A stretch of DNA of 64,000 bases from a virus (lineage: Duplodnaviria; Caudoviricetes): positions 45,787-109,786 of IMG/VR virus record IMGVR_UViG_3300018984_000003, one strand, 5' to 3'. The first letter of the stretch is position 1. Each line of letters starts with the position of its first letter. The notes below the pieces were generated by a model. The model saw only the letters and a program-made list of their open reading frames with translations, did not search any database and had not been told where the DNA came from. A program made the position numbers and the translations under genes. Below are positions 27,562-38,075 of the stretch, one piece after another.

Positions 27562-27878
27562 CTTGACACCGGAATAAAATGTGTATAAAATAACAGTAAC
27601 ATAAAAAAGGACAAACAGCGCATCAAATGTAAATGGTTGTGGTAAGGCAGGGGAATCAAAAAAAAATACCAGAGCGATTAGGTGTCGCTGATGGTATTTT
27701 AGGGATAGGGCAATCGCCCAAAACTCAGGGATCAGATACTACAAAAAGTTACAAGTCAAAAAATCAACGTCTCTAAAAAGATAGAAATTTTTAGAGTTTT
27801 GCTAGAAAACTGAAAGCGTCACTCGCAGAGAAACCGCTAAACAGTCACAGGGAAACTTAGATCAATTACTCAAAAGTT

Positions 27879-30800
27879 ATGTCAATACTAACAAACAATT
27901 TCTATTCTGTCAAGAACTTTAAGCACGAAAGTTGCCCGGTTTGCAACAATAACGACGCACGTTGCAAACCGTCTCATGGTGACAGTATCCTCTGTTGGAA
28001 TACTACCGCATCAGAAGTAGATGAGGCTAGCTGGTTCATAGTTGCCGATATTGATGCAGGTAACTCAGGAATGAGAGGGGTGATGGTTGCGCCCCGGAAA
28101 AATTCGGATGATGAAAAAGAAGATTTGGAAATTCTAGAATACAAGCGCCAACAGGCAAGACAGCGGAGATCGCTAGAGTTGGCACATCTGCCATCAGTTG
28201 AGAGTCGAGACAAGGGTTACAGAGAGATTTTAGAGGCAATGACGCTATCAAGCAAGCACTCATTCACCCTCAAAGAGAAGCGGGGTTTGAGTCGAGAACA
28301 GGTTCAGATAGCAGAAAGATTGCTATGGTTCAAGACTTGGGAGAAAGGCATTGATTGCTCAGAGAATATAGCAGGAATCGATCCGGCAACCGAGGCTACC
28401 CGATGGCTGGGGGGGATGTTTATTAGTGCGATCGACCACAACGGGAACATTTTAGGGGGTCAGATTGCTGCTGACAACACTGAAGTAGTCGGCAAGTATT
28501 TCTGGGTATCTAGTCTTAAAGTTGGCGGGTACGGCTGCAATATGCCCTACACCAACTCCCTTCCCCTGTTTGTTCGCAAGCATCCAGACAGCGCCCAAAC
28601 ATCTCAGATTTGGCTCTGTGAGGGCGGATTGAAGAGTGCGATCGTCGCATTAAAAGCGTGGGAAACAGACATAAATATTGTGGTTGTCGGTACGGCAATG
28701 TCTGCTAGGTTCTCCGATCAACTACTTGACATTTTGGCAGAGTTAAAGCCGTCAGACGGGGTACGAATTCTCCCCGACGCTGGCACGGTCGAGAACTTGA
28801 GCATTCTCTCCGGGGTTTTAATTACGATTGAGCAAATCAAAAAAAACGGCTACATCTCTCAAATCGGTTGGTGGGATCAGTGGGAGAAAGGAAACTCGCT
28901 AGACATTGACGATTATCTTATTGCTAAGAATGGGGATTATACTGAAATTGTCTGGCTGACGACAGCTCAATTTGTCTCGCTCGTTACGCCTGCAAACCTG
29001 TCTGAGACAATAAAAAAAAACGAGCCTGCACCACAGTCAGAAGTTCTCCCGTTCGAGCCACAGATGAAAAGAAGGTCATCAGAAGCAGCTAACGACAAAG
29101 CTTATAAGACTTACCAGAAATATTTAGAACTCGACGCACCCGACGTTACAAAATTTGGGAATATTCTAACCAGTCAGCCTAAGCTCGCTACCGATTGGAA
29201 TGCTTTAAACTCCGATAACAATACCCCTTATGAAGCGGGCTGGGAATTCTACCCGCCCCGCCCCGGTGAAATCCTCTTTCTCGTAGCAGGAACAGGAGAG
29301 GGAAAATCCCACCTGCTAGCTCATTGGATGAATGAGTACTTTATAGAACATGGTTGCATCTTCCTTGGCTATAGAAACGGGCTATTACACCAACAACGTA
29401 AGAAAGTTAACGAGTTAGTACACTTGCGGGGAGAAGATTCCGACGGATTTAGAAGATTAGTAGACCCCTACTATAGAGTTGCATTTTGTGACGCTTCTTT
29501 GCACAATGAAGATGTTACGGGAAGTTGCACTCACAGAAAAATTCTAGTTCTTGATGAAGTTATGAGCATCCTCAGCAGTCTCTTTTTAGGCTCAACTTGT
29601 TCGATCAAACGCAGAAAAAGGTTAAACGTTTTTACAGAGATGTTGCAAGAGGCTGATATGGTTATTTGTTTAGATGCTTACCTTGCTAATTGGTGTGTGG
29701 ATCTGCTTACGCATCTAGCTAAAAAGGTCAAGAGAGTCATGCAGAACAAATGGCAAGGCCAACCGCGCAAAGTTAAGATGCTAATGGGTACAGAGACGAA
29801 TCCAAACGACAAAACAGCTATTACATCTGATATTCTTGCTGATGCAATAAACAGCAAGCCGATCGCAGTGTTCAGCGATTCTAAACAGGATTTGCACACT
29901 CTTCACAATATGATGATAAAAAATGGAGTAGATCACAGGTCAATTGCTCGTGTTGATTCATCAACATCTAGTGAAAAATGGTGTATTGAACTGTTAGAAA
30001 ATATTGATTTGTACCTAGAGAATCATCCAGAGATTAAAGTTTTACTCGTTTCCCCGTCTGGCGATTCGGGATTGGATTTGAGTCGGGTATATTTTGAACA
30101 CGTCTATTTGATTCTGTGCGGTACGCTAACAATTGACAGTGCGTTGCAGATGTATGGGAGAGTGAGAGATCGAAGCGCCCCCAGAACGGTATTTTGTGCA
30201 AAAAATGCACATCATAACATGATAGATGGAGGACTTACAAAAGCTGAGATTCAAGGTGAGATGAGTTTGTCGATCGAAAATCAATTGAGACTAATTACAG
30301 ACGGTGCTGAAGATTCTGACGACATAAAAAGTCTGATGCTTGCAGCGGTTGAAAAGTGGCAAAAAAAAGAGCGTACTGATAAAATACTAGATGCTGTCAG
30401 CTTGATGCTGGCTAAGGCGAATTTTGAGAAATTATATTACAGGGATCTGTTTGTAGAGCGGCTGGAAAAACTGGGAGACATTATCGAGTTTGCTTGTGAG
30501 GAAGGAGACCCAGATATTAAAAAAAAATATCAAGAGACCTCGCTGGAAGTCAAATATGCAGAGGCTGATAAGTTTGTAGCGGCTGAGGAAATCAGCGAGA
30601 TAGAAGCCGAATCGCTAAGAAGGAAAGACTTAAACCCTGAACAGGTTATGCAGTTAAAGAAATTCGATCTGCAACACAGAATTCCCGGGGTAGAGATTGA
30701 CAGAGGATTGGCTAAGACACTACTCTACGATCGAGATTTCTTGAAAGGATTGGAACAAAGGTATTACCTCTCGCATCCCGAAATCTCTATAGAGATAGCT

Positions 30801-31298
30801 CAATTAAAGTGGGGGAAATCGCTATCCAAACGTGAATTTTTCACCTCGGATATGAGATCCAAGCTAGCAGTGAGAACCGACTGCCTCGACAAGCTGGGAT
30901 TGCTCGAATTCTTAGACGACCGAGAATGGTTAGAGAATGGAAGCGAGGTTAAGATATTAAGGCAACGCTGGGACAATTTGCGAAAGACTTACTCGAATTT
31001 ACGGAACATAATGGGATTTGAATGGGACAAGAAAAAACCAATCCAAACCGTTTACAAGCTGTTAGATTTAGTCGGCTGCGAGTTGAGAGTAATCAAGGCA
31101 AAGTCAGGAGAGCAAAAGACGGGGCAAAAAGTCAAAAAAAGACGGATCACTTTTGGGTCTCTGAATGATCCGATCCGGTTGGCAATTCTAGAATCATTCG
31201 ACAAGCGGTTTGAAAATTTAAAGGAGGTAGACTGGCAAGAAGTCAAAACAGTATGCAAGAACGAGATCGAGCTTGAACCGGAACTGGTGACAGCGTAA
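27879..31298 (+). CDS. Primase-helicase / replication initiator, CyRepA1-like (Zn finger + TOPRIM + helicase/origin-binding domain)
   Basis: CPVC..C..C, LCEGGLKS, PDAG, DIDD, AGTGEGKS (Walker A), VLDEV (Walker B), SPS..SGLD, QMYGRVR. Confidence 0.85.
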   Translation: MSILTNNFYSVKNFKHESCPVCNNNDARCKPSHGDSILCWNTTASEVDEASWFIVADIDAGNSGMRGVMVAPRKNSDDEKEDLEILEYKRQQARQRRSLELAHLPSVESRDKGYREILEAMTLSSKHSFTLKEKRGLSREQVQIAERLLWFKTWEKGIDCSENIAGIDPATEATRWLGGMFISAIDHNGNILGGQIAADNTEVVGKYFWVSSLKVGGYGCNMPYTNSLPLFVRKHPDSAQTSQIWLCEGGLKSAIVALKAWETDINIVVVGTAMSARFSDQLLDILAELKPSDGVRILPDAGTVENLSILSGVLITIEQIKKNGYISQIGWWDQWEKGNSLDIDDYLIAKNGDYTEIVWLTTAQFVSLVTPANLSETIKKNEPAPQSEVLPFEPQMKRRSSEAANDKAYKTYQKYLELDAPDVTKFGNILTSQPKLATDWNALNSDNNTPYEAGWEFYPPRPGEILFLVAGTGEGKSHLLAHWMNEYFIEHGCIFLGYRNGLLHQQRKKVNELVHLRGEDSDGFRRLVDPYYRVAFCDASLHNEDVTGSCTHRKILVLDEVMSILSSLFLGSTCSIKRRKRLNVFTEMLQEADMVICLDAYLANWCVDLLTHLAKKVKRVMQNKWQGQPRKVKMLMGTETNPNDKTAITSDILADAINSKPIAVFSDSKQDLHTLHNMMIKNGVDHRSIARVDSSTSSEKWCIELLENIDLYLENHPEIKVLLVSPSGDSGLDLSRVYFEHVYLILCGTLTIDSALQMYGRVRDRSAPRTVFCAKNAHHNMIDGGLTKAEIQGEMSLSIENQLRLITDGAEDSDDIKSLMLAAVEKWQKKERTDKILDAVSLMLAKANFEKLYYRDLFVERLEKLGDIIEFACEEGDPDIKKKYQETSLEVKYAEADKFVAAEEISEIEAESLRRKDLNPEQVMQLKKFDLQHRIPGVEIDRGLAKTLLYDRDFLKGLEQRYYLSHPEISIEIAQLKWGKSLSKREFFTSDMRSKLAVRTDCLDKLGLLEFLDDREWLENGSEVKILRQRWDNLRKTYSNLRNIMGFEWDKKKPIQTVYKLLDLVGCELRVIKAKSGEQKTGQKVKKRRITFGSLNDPIRLAILESFDKRFENLKEVDWQEVKTVCKNEIELEPELVTA

Positions 31299-31408
31299 CA
31301 AAAGCAACAGAAGGTAGGTCAGGCAATTGGCTCAATCCATCAGTGTTTCCCGCTTCCGTTCGCAAAATGGTATCATTTTGGCGTGACCTGTAAACCTTAA
31401 GTTGCACT

Positions 31409-31714
31409 ATGACGATTACGATTGCGATTGAACATATCATGTCGATCCGCTGGACAAAGCAGCGCGCACAAAACTTGCGATCGGTTCGCTCTCTGAATGA
31501 ACTGAGTCAAGAAAAAGTATCTCTACTACTTGAACAACAAGGTATCCGAGTCTCGCGGCAATATCTCAACCGCATGGAGTCGGGTGCAGGAGTCAAAGGC
31601 GTATCGCCAGAAATACTGCGGGGACTGTGCGAGACCCTCCGCGTAACTATGCCAGAAATCCTCTGCCTTGAATCTAAGGAAATTCTGTGTTTTGGGGTTG
31701 ACAAGTGCAACTAA
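31409..31714 (+). CDS. XRE/Cro-family HTH regulator
   Basis: LRSVR..LSQEKVS..VSRQYLNRMESG. Confidence 0.85.
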   Translation: MTITIAIEHIMSIRWTKQRAQNLRSVRSLNELSQEKVSLLLEQQGIRVSRQYLNRMESGAGVKGVSPEILRGLCETLRVTMPEILCLESKEILCFGVDKCN

Positions 31715-31726
31715 AAGTTGCACAAT
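31698..31726 (+). promoter_or_regulatory. Sigma70-type promoter with a palindromic operator in the spacer
   Basis: TTGACA-17-CACAAT with GTGCAACT-aaa-AGTTGCAC at 31705-31723. Confidence 0.6.
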
Positions 31727-31760
31727 ATAAAGGTAAGCAAACCGAAGCGAGGTTGTAGCC

Positions 31761-32102
31761 GTGTTTTACGTTTTAATCAATAGCAATGGCATAGAAGTTC
31801 GAGAGTCTGAAAAAATGCTGTCTCTCGAAGAAATGCAAAACTTGGTAGGTGTTGAGGGCGAAGAGGCTTGGATTGAAGCCGCTTCTTATCGTAGTTTTTC
31901 TGATAGATCGATCACAATGATTTGTGATGAAGAATTTAAAAGAAAAAAATACCAGCCAACGTGCAGAACAGTTGAAGGAGATGTACTTCAAGGTCAAGTT
32001 TTGATCGTAGGGACTAATTCTGAAGACAATGATTTTGCTTTACTGTCAAGACTGCAAGTCGAAATCATTAAATCACAAGCGCGATTGGTACGGTGTAGTT
32101 AG
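31761..32102 (+). CDS. DUF3846-like phage protein
   Basis: SLEEMQNLVG..IE..ICDEEF..LQGQVLIVG. Confidence 0.65.
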   Translation: MFYVLINSNGIEVRESEKMLSLEEMQNLVGVEGEEAWIEAASYRSFSDRSITMICDEEFKRKKYQPTCRTVEGDVLQGQVLIVGTNSEDNDFALLSRLQVEIIKSQARLVRCS

Positions 32103-32232
32103 ACTTCTATAATACAACTGTCGGGAGGGTGGCGAAAAGTAAACGCATCAATCAAATTCAAAATTTGACGCCGAAAGGCATGAGGGTTCAAGACCCTCTT
32201 CTCCCATTGTCGCTGACACTCTCTAACCAGAT

Positions 32233-33138
32233 TTGAGCTTATATTTATTGTTTCTTGACGTATACAGTTTACATGGTAGACTAAAAGAATCAAGCAAAAG
32301 ACAAAAGGTAAACATGGTAGCTTTGTTAAAATGGGCAGGCAGCAAAAGGCTGTTAGTAGAGTTCCTACGGGAAAATTTTAAGTTAGAGAAAGATTGTTTC
32401 TATGTTGAGCCGTTTGTTGGGGGCGGCAATTCATTTCTCGACATAAAAGGGGAATTTGCAGCCGCCTCTGATAAAAACCTTTCTCTGATTTACCTCTGGG
32501 AAGCTGTCAAAGGTGATTTAGATTCCTTAATTTCTTGGTACAGCTACTATTATGATTTGCATTCAGACAAAGGTTACGAAACAGCTAGAAAAGTCTACAA
32601 TGATTTAATCCGAGATATAGACAAAGGTGAGATATTGCCTGAGAGAAAACTTGACATTGCGGGTGTATTTCTCTACATAATGAAAACTTGCTATAATGGC
32701 TTATGCCGCTACAGAAAGCGAGAACATTACTACAACGTGCCAATCGGAGATAAGCTCCCCTCAATTAAATCGGTAACAGAGGAATTAAGGGAAGTAAACA
32801 GTCGAATACAGAATACAAGGTTCCATTACTGGGACTTTGAAGAAACTATCACCTATTATCAGTCAAAGCCTAACGCTTTCTTCTACTGCGACCCGCCTTA
32901 CTCTCAAATAGACGGGAAAGGGTTTCAAGATTATATCGGAGGCTGGCAAAACAGCGACGCCGATCGTCTAAAAAAGACCTTGGTTGAATCTGGTTGTAGG
33001 TTTGCCGTCTCAGAAATTGACTGCCCCGCAGTTAGAGAGCGCTATGTCAGCTACCCAATAATAGAACTTCAAGCCAACCGTTCGATCGGCGGCAACCGCT
33101 CAAAAGTTAACGAAGTTCTCATCCTTTCTCGCATCTAA
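32233..33138 (+). CDS. dam: Dam-like (D12 class) adenine methyltransferase (start probably ATG 32314)
   Basis: KWAGSK, YVEPFVGGG, YNGLCRY, YCDPPY. Confidence 0.9.
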   Translation: MSLYLLFLDVYSLHGRLKESSKRQKVNMVALLKWAGSKRLLVEFLRENFKLEKDCFYVEPFVGGGNSFLDIKGEFAAASDKNLSLIYLWEAVKGDLDSLISWYSYYYDLHSDKGYETARKVYNDLIRDIDKGEILPERKLDIAGVFLYIMKTCYNGLCRYRKREHYYNVPIGDKLPSIKSVTEELREVNSRIQNTRFHYWDFEETITYYQSKPNAFFYCDPPYSQIDGKGFQDYIGGWQNSDADRLKKTLVESGCRFAVSEIDCPAVRERYVSYPIIELQANRSIGGNRSKVNEVLILSRI

Positions 33139-33240
33139 CGCTACGCTCCCCACTAAAAACCGGGTGTTTGGATTTCACAACCCCCGGTTCTTGCTTGGAA
33201 AGATGAGTAAGGGTGCGTCAGTTCTCGGTGATCGTCTTTT

Positions 33241-33421
33241 ACCTATTCTACCTACTGAGGTTGTTTTGATTTCTAATTTCAAAAATAATACAATCTCTAC
33301 AGGTGGAAAATAGATATAGTCAAAAGTTTAATAGATGAGTCTGTCACGCAGAGTTATTATAAAATACAAACAACTGCGTGACAGACTCATCTATAAGCCT
33401 ATGGTAAATATCTCTCGCTTC
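33241..33421 (-). repeat. Dispersed intergenic element, copy B
   Basis: Perfect 21-bp inverted repeat 33331-33351 / 33374-33394, ending TCTCGCTTC. Confidence 0.9.
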
Positions 33422-33486
33422 TAAACAAAGAGAAGCCCCCGGCGGCGGGAGCTAAAAGTTGCGTTTCTACCATTCTGTCGGAAACA

Positions 33487-34308
33487 TCAGCGATATTTCC
33501 CTTCAATTAAAATTTTGGCAGTTTTGCTGTCGATAGCCCCCGCCCCTATCTGAAAAGCAAACGCTAAATTGTCAAAAGCTTTCTGAGTCATAGGCCCCCA
33601 CTTACCATCGGGTGTTCCCGGCTGAAATTGCGGGAACCGAGCTAGGCAAATTTGAATCTGTTTCACCAGTCCAATGTCTTTCTTGACCTCTGCTAGAGAC
33701 AAATTCAGTTTGCGTTCATAGATATCCTGAAGTCGAAGACCCCCAAGATCACCCGGCTGCCAGATCCTCTTGTCCTCAGACTTACACTTACCAGAGAAAA
33801 AGTGAATCCAAAGCTGACCTTCGGCATCGGGCCCGCATAAATCGCTCATCATCCCGTAGGAATAAACTAAGCCTTTTCCCGAAACCCCGGTGTCGTAGCC
33901 GTCTCGATACCATTCACCCCAAGGATCGTGAACAATCCAGCCTTTTTCGTTGTACCCAATTATGGTAATGATATGACCGTAGTTAGTGAAATAGCCATGA
34001 ATGATACAAGGCTTGCCAGAGTGTAAATGAGCCTTGACCTGTTCCCATGTGGCGTAAGCGCTAAACTTAGGGCGATACCCGTGTCTCTGTGCCAATACCT
34101 CAAGGTCGCCGGGAGAGTGGCGGGATAACCCATTACTCAAGCAATACTTAGTCAAATAATCTTCCAGTTGTCCCCCGTCGGGACGTTTAATAGGTTCCCC
34201 GTGGTAAGCCATACACATAGCGATCGAGGTCGTGTTGCACGTTCCGCCGGGATGTAGAGAATTGTCACGCTGCGACAGGTAAGGGACTTTCAACTCTAAA
34301 ATTGTCAT
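33487..34308 (-). CDS. Endolysin candidate: C39-family peptidase + peptidoglycan-binding domain
   Basis: VPYLSQRDN..CNTTS..GHIITIIGY..VHDPWG and VKQIQ.CL..PGTPDGKWGPMT..A. Confidence 0.85.
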   Translation of the reverse strand: MTILELKVPYLSQRDNSLHPGGTCNTTSIAMCMAYHGEPIKRPDGGQLEDYLTKYCLSNGLSRHSPGDLEVLAQRHGYRPKFSAYATWEQVKAHLHSGKPCIIHGYFTNYGHIITIIGYNEKGWIVHDPWGEWYRDGYDTGVSGKGLVYSYGMMSDLCGPDAEGQLWIHFFSGKCKSEDKRIWQPGDLGGLRLQDIYERKLNLSLAEVKKDIGLVKQIQICLARFPQFQPGTPDGKWGPMTQKAFDNLAFAFQIGAGAIDSKTAKILIEGKYR

Positions 34309-34350
34309 CGTGTTATATTTTTAATATATTTTGCATCTACTATTATATCA

Positions 34351-34827
34351 ATGATAGTTTGCGCGAGCGCAGCACTTTCAAATAAACTTTTACAAATAAA
34401 AATGATAAGCAAGTATACAGAGTTAATTCTATGGATGTCAATACTAGGGACAATTCTTACTGGCTACTTAATTTTTTTAGTTGTCAATTTGTCAAAAACA
34501 GTTGACAATCTAACAACAATAAATAAATTACTTACGAAAGAAAACAGAAGATTAGACAAAGAAAATAACTTATGGCGAACTGACGCACCGAAAATACTAA
34601 AAGTGGGAGAGCTAAATGCTAATAATATTAAAGACTTGAAAGAACAGGTTTTTTTGATAAACAAATGGCTAGTAGACGTGCTAAATATTAGTAGTCTGAT
34701 TCCTGCTAAAGAAGCAGGAATAGAAGCAAGTGATATAATCGATCAGTTAAAGCAAAATATAAAATGGAATGAAGAAATTGCAAGACGGCGAGATGAAGAC
34801 GAAAATGATTTTTACAAGGGAGATTAA
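34351..34827 (+). CDS. Single-TM coiled-coil protein (lysis-associated?)
   Basis: N-terminal hydrophobic helix followed by a coiled coil, divergent from the endolysin. Confidence 0.55.
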   Translation: MIVCASAALSNKLLQIKMISKYTELILWMSILGTILTGYLIFLVVNLSKTVDNLTTINKLLTKENRRLDKENNLWRTDAPKILKVGELNANNIKDLKEQVFLINKWLVDVLNISSLIPAKEAGIEASDIIDQLKQNIKWNEEIARRRDEDENDFYKGD

Positions 34828-35304
34828 ATGAAAGCATCAAGACTGGCTGATTGGGTAATTTTTTCTGTAGCAATCTCTGCTATAATTATATTGTTGAGTT
34901 ATATGGCGTTAAATTGGACAACTAAAGAAGTTCCATCGGACATGATTTCTGTAGGTGTTACACTTGCACTTGGAGCTGTAACGGCGGGTGGACTCAAAAG
35001 TAAAGCTAAATTAGACGCTTCAGCTAAAGGATCTTTTGTAAATTATTCGTTACTGGGATTAGCTTTTACTCAGTTGATTCTAGTTGTTCACTACAATTCT
35101 TTGATTTGGGCAGAACGTGCAATTCCGGAAAAATTAGCCCCATCTATTCATGGATTAGTCGTAATTCTTTTGACCGTGACAAATTTCAGCGATTCTGGAT
35201 ATAGAAAATCTGACTCTTCACAACCCGAAGAAGATTTATCGATTGAGCAGGAAATACATATAGACTCGACTCAAAACAGATCAAATATCACTGAACTAGA
35301 TTAG
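34828..35304 (+). CDS. Multi-pass membrane protein (holin candidate)
   Basis: About 4 hydrophobic segments and an acidic tail, next to the endolysin. Confidence 0.55.
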   Translation: MKASRLADWVIFSVAISAIIILLSYMALNWTTKEVPSDMISVGVTLALGAVTAGGLKSKAKLDASAKGSFVNYSLLGLAFTQLILVVHYNSLIWAERAIPEKLAPSIHGLVVILLTVTNFSDSGYRKSDSSQPEEDLSIEQEIHIDSTQNRSNITELD

Positions 35305-35335
35305 AACGTCAGTCTAGAAATCTTTTAGTTTACCC

Positions 35336-35364
35336 TTGACAGACATAAAGGGTTTATGTAATAC
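35336..35364 (+). promoter_or_regulatory. Early-type sigma70 promoter (family also at 45871, 51510, 52829, 59023 and on the minus strand at 44264-44269)
   Basis: TTGACA preceded by AAATCTTTT-like UP tracts and followed by similar A-rich leaders (AAGTCAAGAAAAACA-like). Confidence 0.65.
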
Positions 35365-35401
35365 TGTAGAAATTAAGACAAGAAGCACAGGACAGCCAGA
35401 A

Positions 35402-35911
35402 ATGAAAGCTCAACAACTTCGCAAAATCGCTAACCTCCTCGAAGCTACCGTCTCAGACCGCCGTAGAATCACGAGCTTACTCGCTGGCATCCGCAACTAC
35501 AGCGACACAGTAGCAACTGGAACCGAGAAAGAAGCGATCGCCAAACTGAAGTTAGCCATCAGTTTAGCGATTGCTTACAGCGCGGATCGTGGGTTCATAA
35601 ATCAACTGAAAGCGCAAGTCAAAGCACTGAAAGCACTAATCAAAGTAGAAGTTACCAGCGTGACTTTTGACGGCTTCAAGCCCCCTTACACCTACACTAC
35701 GGGAACCATCGCTCACAAAGGCGTAACTCACAAATTTCTCTGTTACATGAACGCCCCGTCACTAGCAAACGAGGCAAGAGCTATTGACCCTACTTTTGAT
35801 AAATCGGTTGACCCGGCGGTCAAAGCTGAATTAAGGCCGATCATGCAAGAAGCCTTGACTCTGGAATGGAACCGACACCGATCTGCTATTACTGGGTTGA
35901 AGGTAGCCTAA
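35402..35911 (+). CDS. Hypothetical early protein
   Basis: ATG 35402 (MKAQQLRKIA..) downstream of the TTGACA promoter. Confidence 0.7.
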   Translation: MKAQQLRKIANLLEATVSDRRRITSLLAGIRNYSDTVATGTEKEAIAKLKLAISLAIAYSADRGFINQLKAQVKALKALIKVEVTSVTFDGFKPPYTYTTGTIAHKGVTHKFLCYMNAPSLANEARAIDPTFDKSVDPAVKAELRPIMQEALTLEWNRHRSAITGLKVA

Positions 35912-35931
35912 CGCTAAACACTAGCTAAGAG

Positions 35932-36447
35932 ATGAACAAAATCACTGCTTACGAATAAATACTGGGATGCAGAGCTAGAAACTCAGTCTAGAAAACGGTT
36001 GGCGATGCTGGAGCAAGCAATTTTTCAAACAGGTGCGACTATCACCGATCTATACGAAGACAAACTCTTTAAAGACCCCAAGCTCTTGTGGCGCAATCCG
36101 TTGTTATTAAAAGTAAAACTACCTTACGGAAAACGATGGGAATTTATTTTAGCTTCTAAGTGTATAGTTTGGCTAGCAAAACCTCCTAAACTAGGAGTCC
36201 CAAAGCCCCAAGCAGAGATGTCCGGCGCGATACTACAGCATATTACGCCGGATACTGCGACCCACCGCCCGTATTTTTGCGAGGCGATCATGACAATCTG
36301 AAACTTCGGTGCACTTACAGAGTTAATCCTACTCATGCTGCCTATATTGTCTACTACAAACCAGGCATTAACGGCGGGCGTGAAATTATCGAAGGGATAA
36401 ATATTGTGGAGGCGGTATTGGGCGGGGATTTGGACTTAATTCTGTAA
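35932..36447 (+). pseudogene. Probable frameshifted hypothetical gene
   Basis: ORF 35999-36301 has open extensions in shifted frames at both ends. Confidence 0.4.
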
Positions 36448-36916
36448 AAAGATTGAATATTTTTTAGTAAAACCGAAACATAGAACCGTCACCGTTCCAC
36501 TTTCACCCGCCAAGCTGCCTAAAACAGTGAAAATTAAACAAAAAAAGAAAAAAGAGGAATAGAATGCAAACCAGCAAAAAGAGAGATCGCTCTGACGATC
36601 TAAACAAAGATGTGAAAGGAAAGGTTAAAAAAGTTGCAAACCCAGTAACTATTGAAGATTTGGAAGCGAAACTAAAAAAGCTAGGGTTTAGGCTTGGCTT
36701 AGCTTAATAAAGATTTGTTTGTTTGTAGGGTTATCAGAGATCCTGACAAAGGATGGAAATACATTATTATTCACGATGCCAAGTGGTATCCAAAGAATCG
36801 GACTACTTTTGAATCTTATTCTGCGACTGCAACTAGCCGCGCTTTGACTAAAATCCACAAAGAGCGGCGACAGAAGCGGTAACAATGGAATAAGCTGTTA
36901 GTCCAAATCCAGAGAG

Positions 36917-36981
36917 TCATAGAATGCCGCCGATAGGGTGTGTCGGCGGCATATCAAGAAAACTCAGTGAGAAAAGTCGGG
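36917..36981. repeat. 65-bp perfect direct repeat (second copy 38018-38082): strong hairpin plus tRNA 3' end
   Basis: TCATAGAATGCCGCCGATAGGGTGTGTCGGCGGCATATCAAGAAAACTCAGTGAGAAAAGTCGGG in both places. Confidence 0.95.
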
Positions 36982-37310
36982 ATGTGAAGTCGAACCACTT
37001 GTTTACTTTCTTCCTGAGTAAAAGCCGCTGTGATGGTGGTGTATTGAACCAGGCGAGAGTAAGAAATAGAAGGAAAGTAAGAGACTATTAATTGAACCTA
37101 TATTGGTGAATGAAAGCGTTGATTAACATTGCCTAAGCAAATTAAACTTAAATTAATTTGTTACAAGATTTTTTGAGCATAAATTCCTAAAGAACGGTAC
37201 AAATCTTGTTATTGTTGATCTTATACTGGTAAGAATGTTTTAGATGAACAAATCTAGATGAACAAATATGGTATCATGTAACTACAGTTACCACCATTTT
37301 TTTAAAATAT

Positions 37311-37520
37311 ATGACAAACCAAAAGTCGACACCAGACGAAAAGATGTCACAGACTTCCGCAGCCGAAACGCGACCAAAAGCTACGGGATTTTTTGATAAA
37401 ATTCGACAAGAACTCCAACCTAGGCAAATACATCCAACTAAAGCAGCAGAGACAGTCATTATGGATGAAGAAGCAAATACAGATACAATACTTCGGACAA
37501 TTTTTGATAGCCAACCGTAA
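37311..37520 (+). CDS. Hypothetical protein
   Basis: 69 aa ORF with an ATG start. Confidence 0.45.
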   Translation: MTNQKSTPDEKMSQTSAAETRPKATGFFDKIRQELQPRQIHPTKAAETVIMDEEANTDTILRTIFDSQP

Positions 37521-37529
37521 AATAGGAGT

Positions 37530-37935
37530 TTCAAATTGAGCGTAGAGTCATTGTACGCCCAATTGGACAAACACCGCCAACGTTAGGGTATTTCGTGGCA
37601 CAAGTTGGCGAAACAAGCAAAGTCAGTTCCACTATTCACATTCAGATGGTACTAGGAATAGAGCCTGATGCTGACTGAAAGTTTAAAGAAGTTGCGGGTG
37701 TGGCTAGATGCTTGGGGCGATCTGTGGAGTTGATTTTGATTGCAAATGATAGGTTAGTTAGCTCCGACCATTTTGGAAAGTAACTCCGATCATTACAAGT
37801 CTCATCGCCCGCCAATCCTATCATCGCTACGGGTGGTACTACGGGGAGCGCGTCACCTCCAAAATGGTTAAGCTCTTGGCGGGTAAAGGTCTTGTTGATT
37901 GTTCAAACCCACAAACCCATTCTACACCCAAAGGA
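37530..37935. ncRNA. Candidate large pseudoknotted ncRNA
   Basis: Seven or more complementary segment pairs, two of them crossing, and no credible ORF. Confidence 0.5.
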
Positions 37936-38075
37936 CGATGTTCTTGAATATCTCTACTAACTGCGGCGACAGCGCAAATCTGGCAGTGTTAACCTTAATA
38001 AGGGATCAGATCAGATATCATAGAATGCCGCCGATAGGGTGTGTCGGCGGCATATCAAGAAAACTCAGTGAGAAA

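Noticed and set aside
37530-38020. Group I or II intron
   Set aside because: No recognisable P7 R/S core or domain V, and no interrupted host gene
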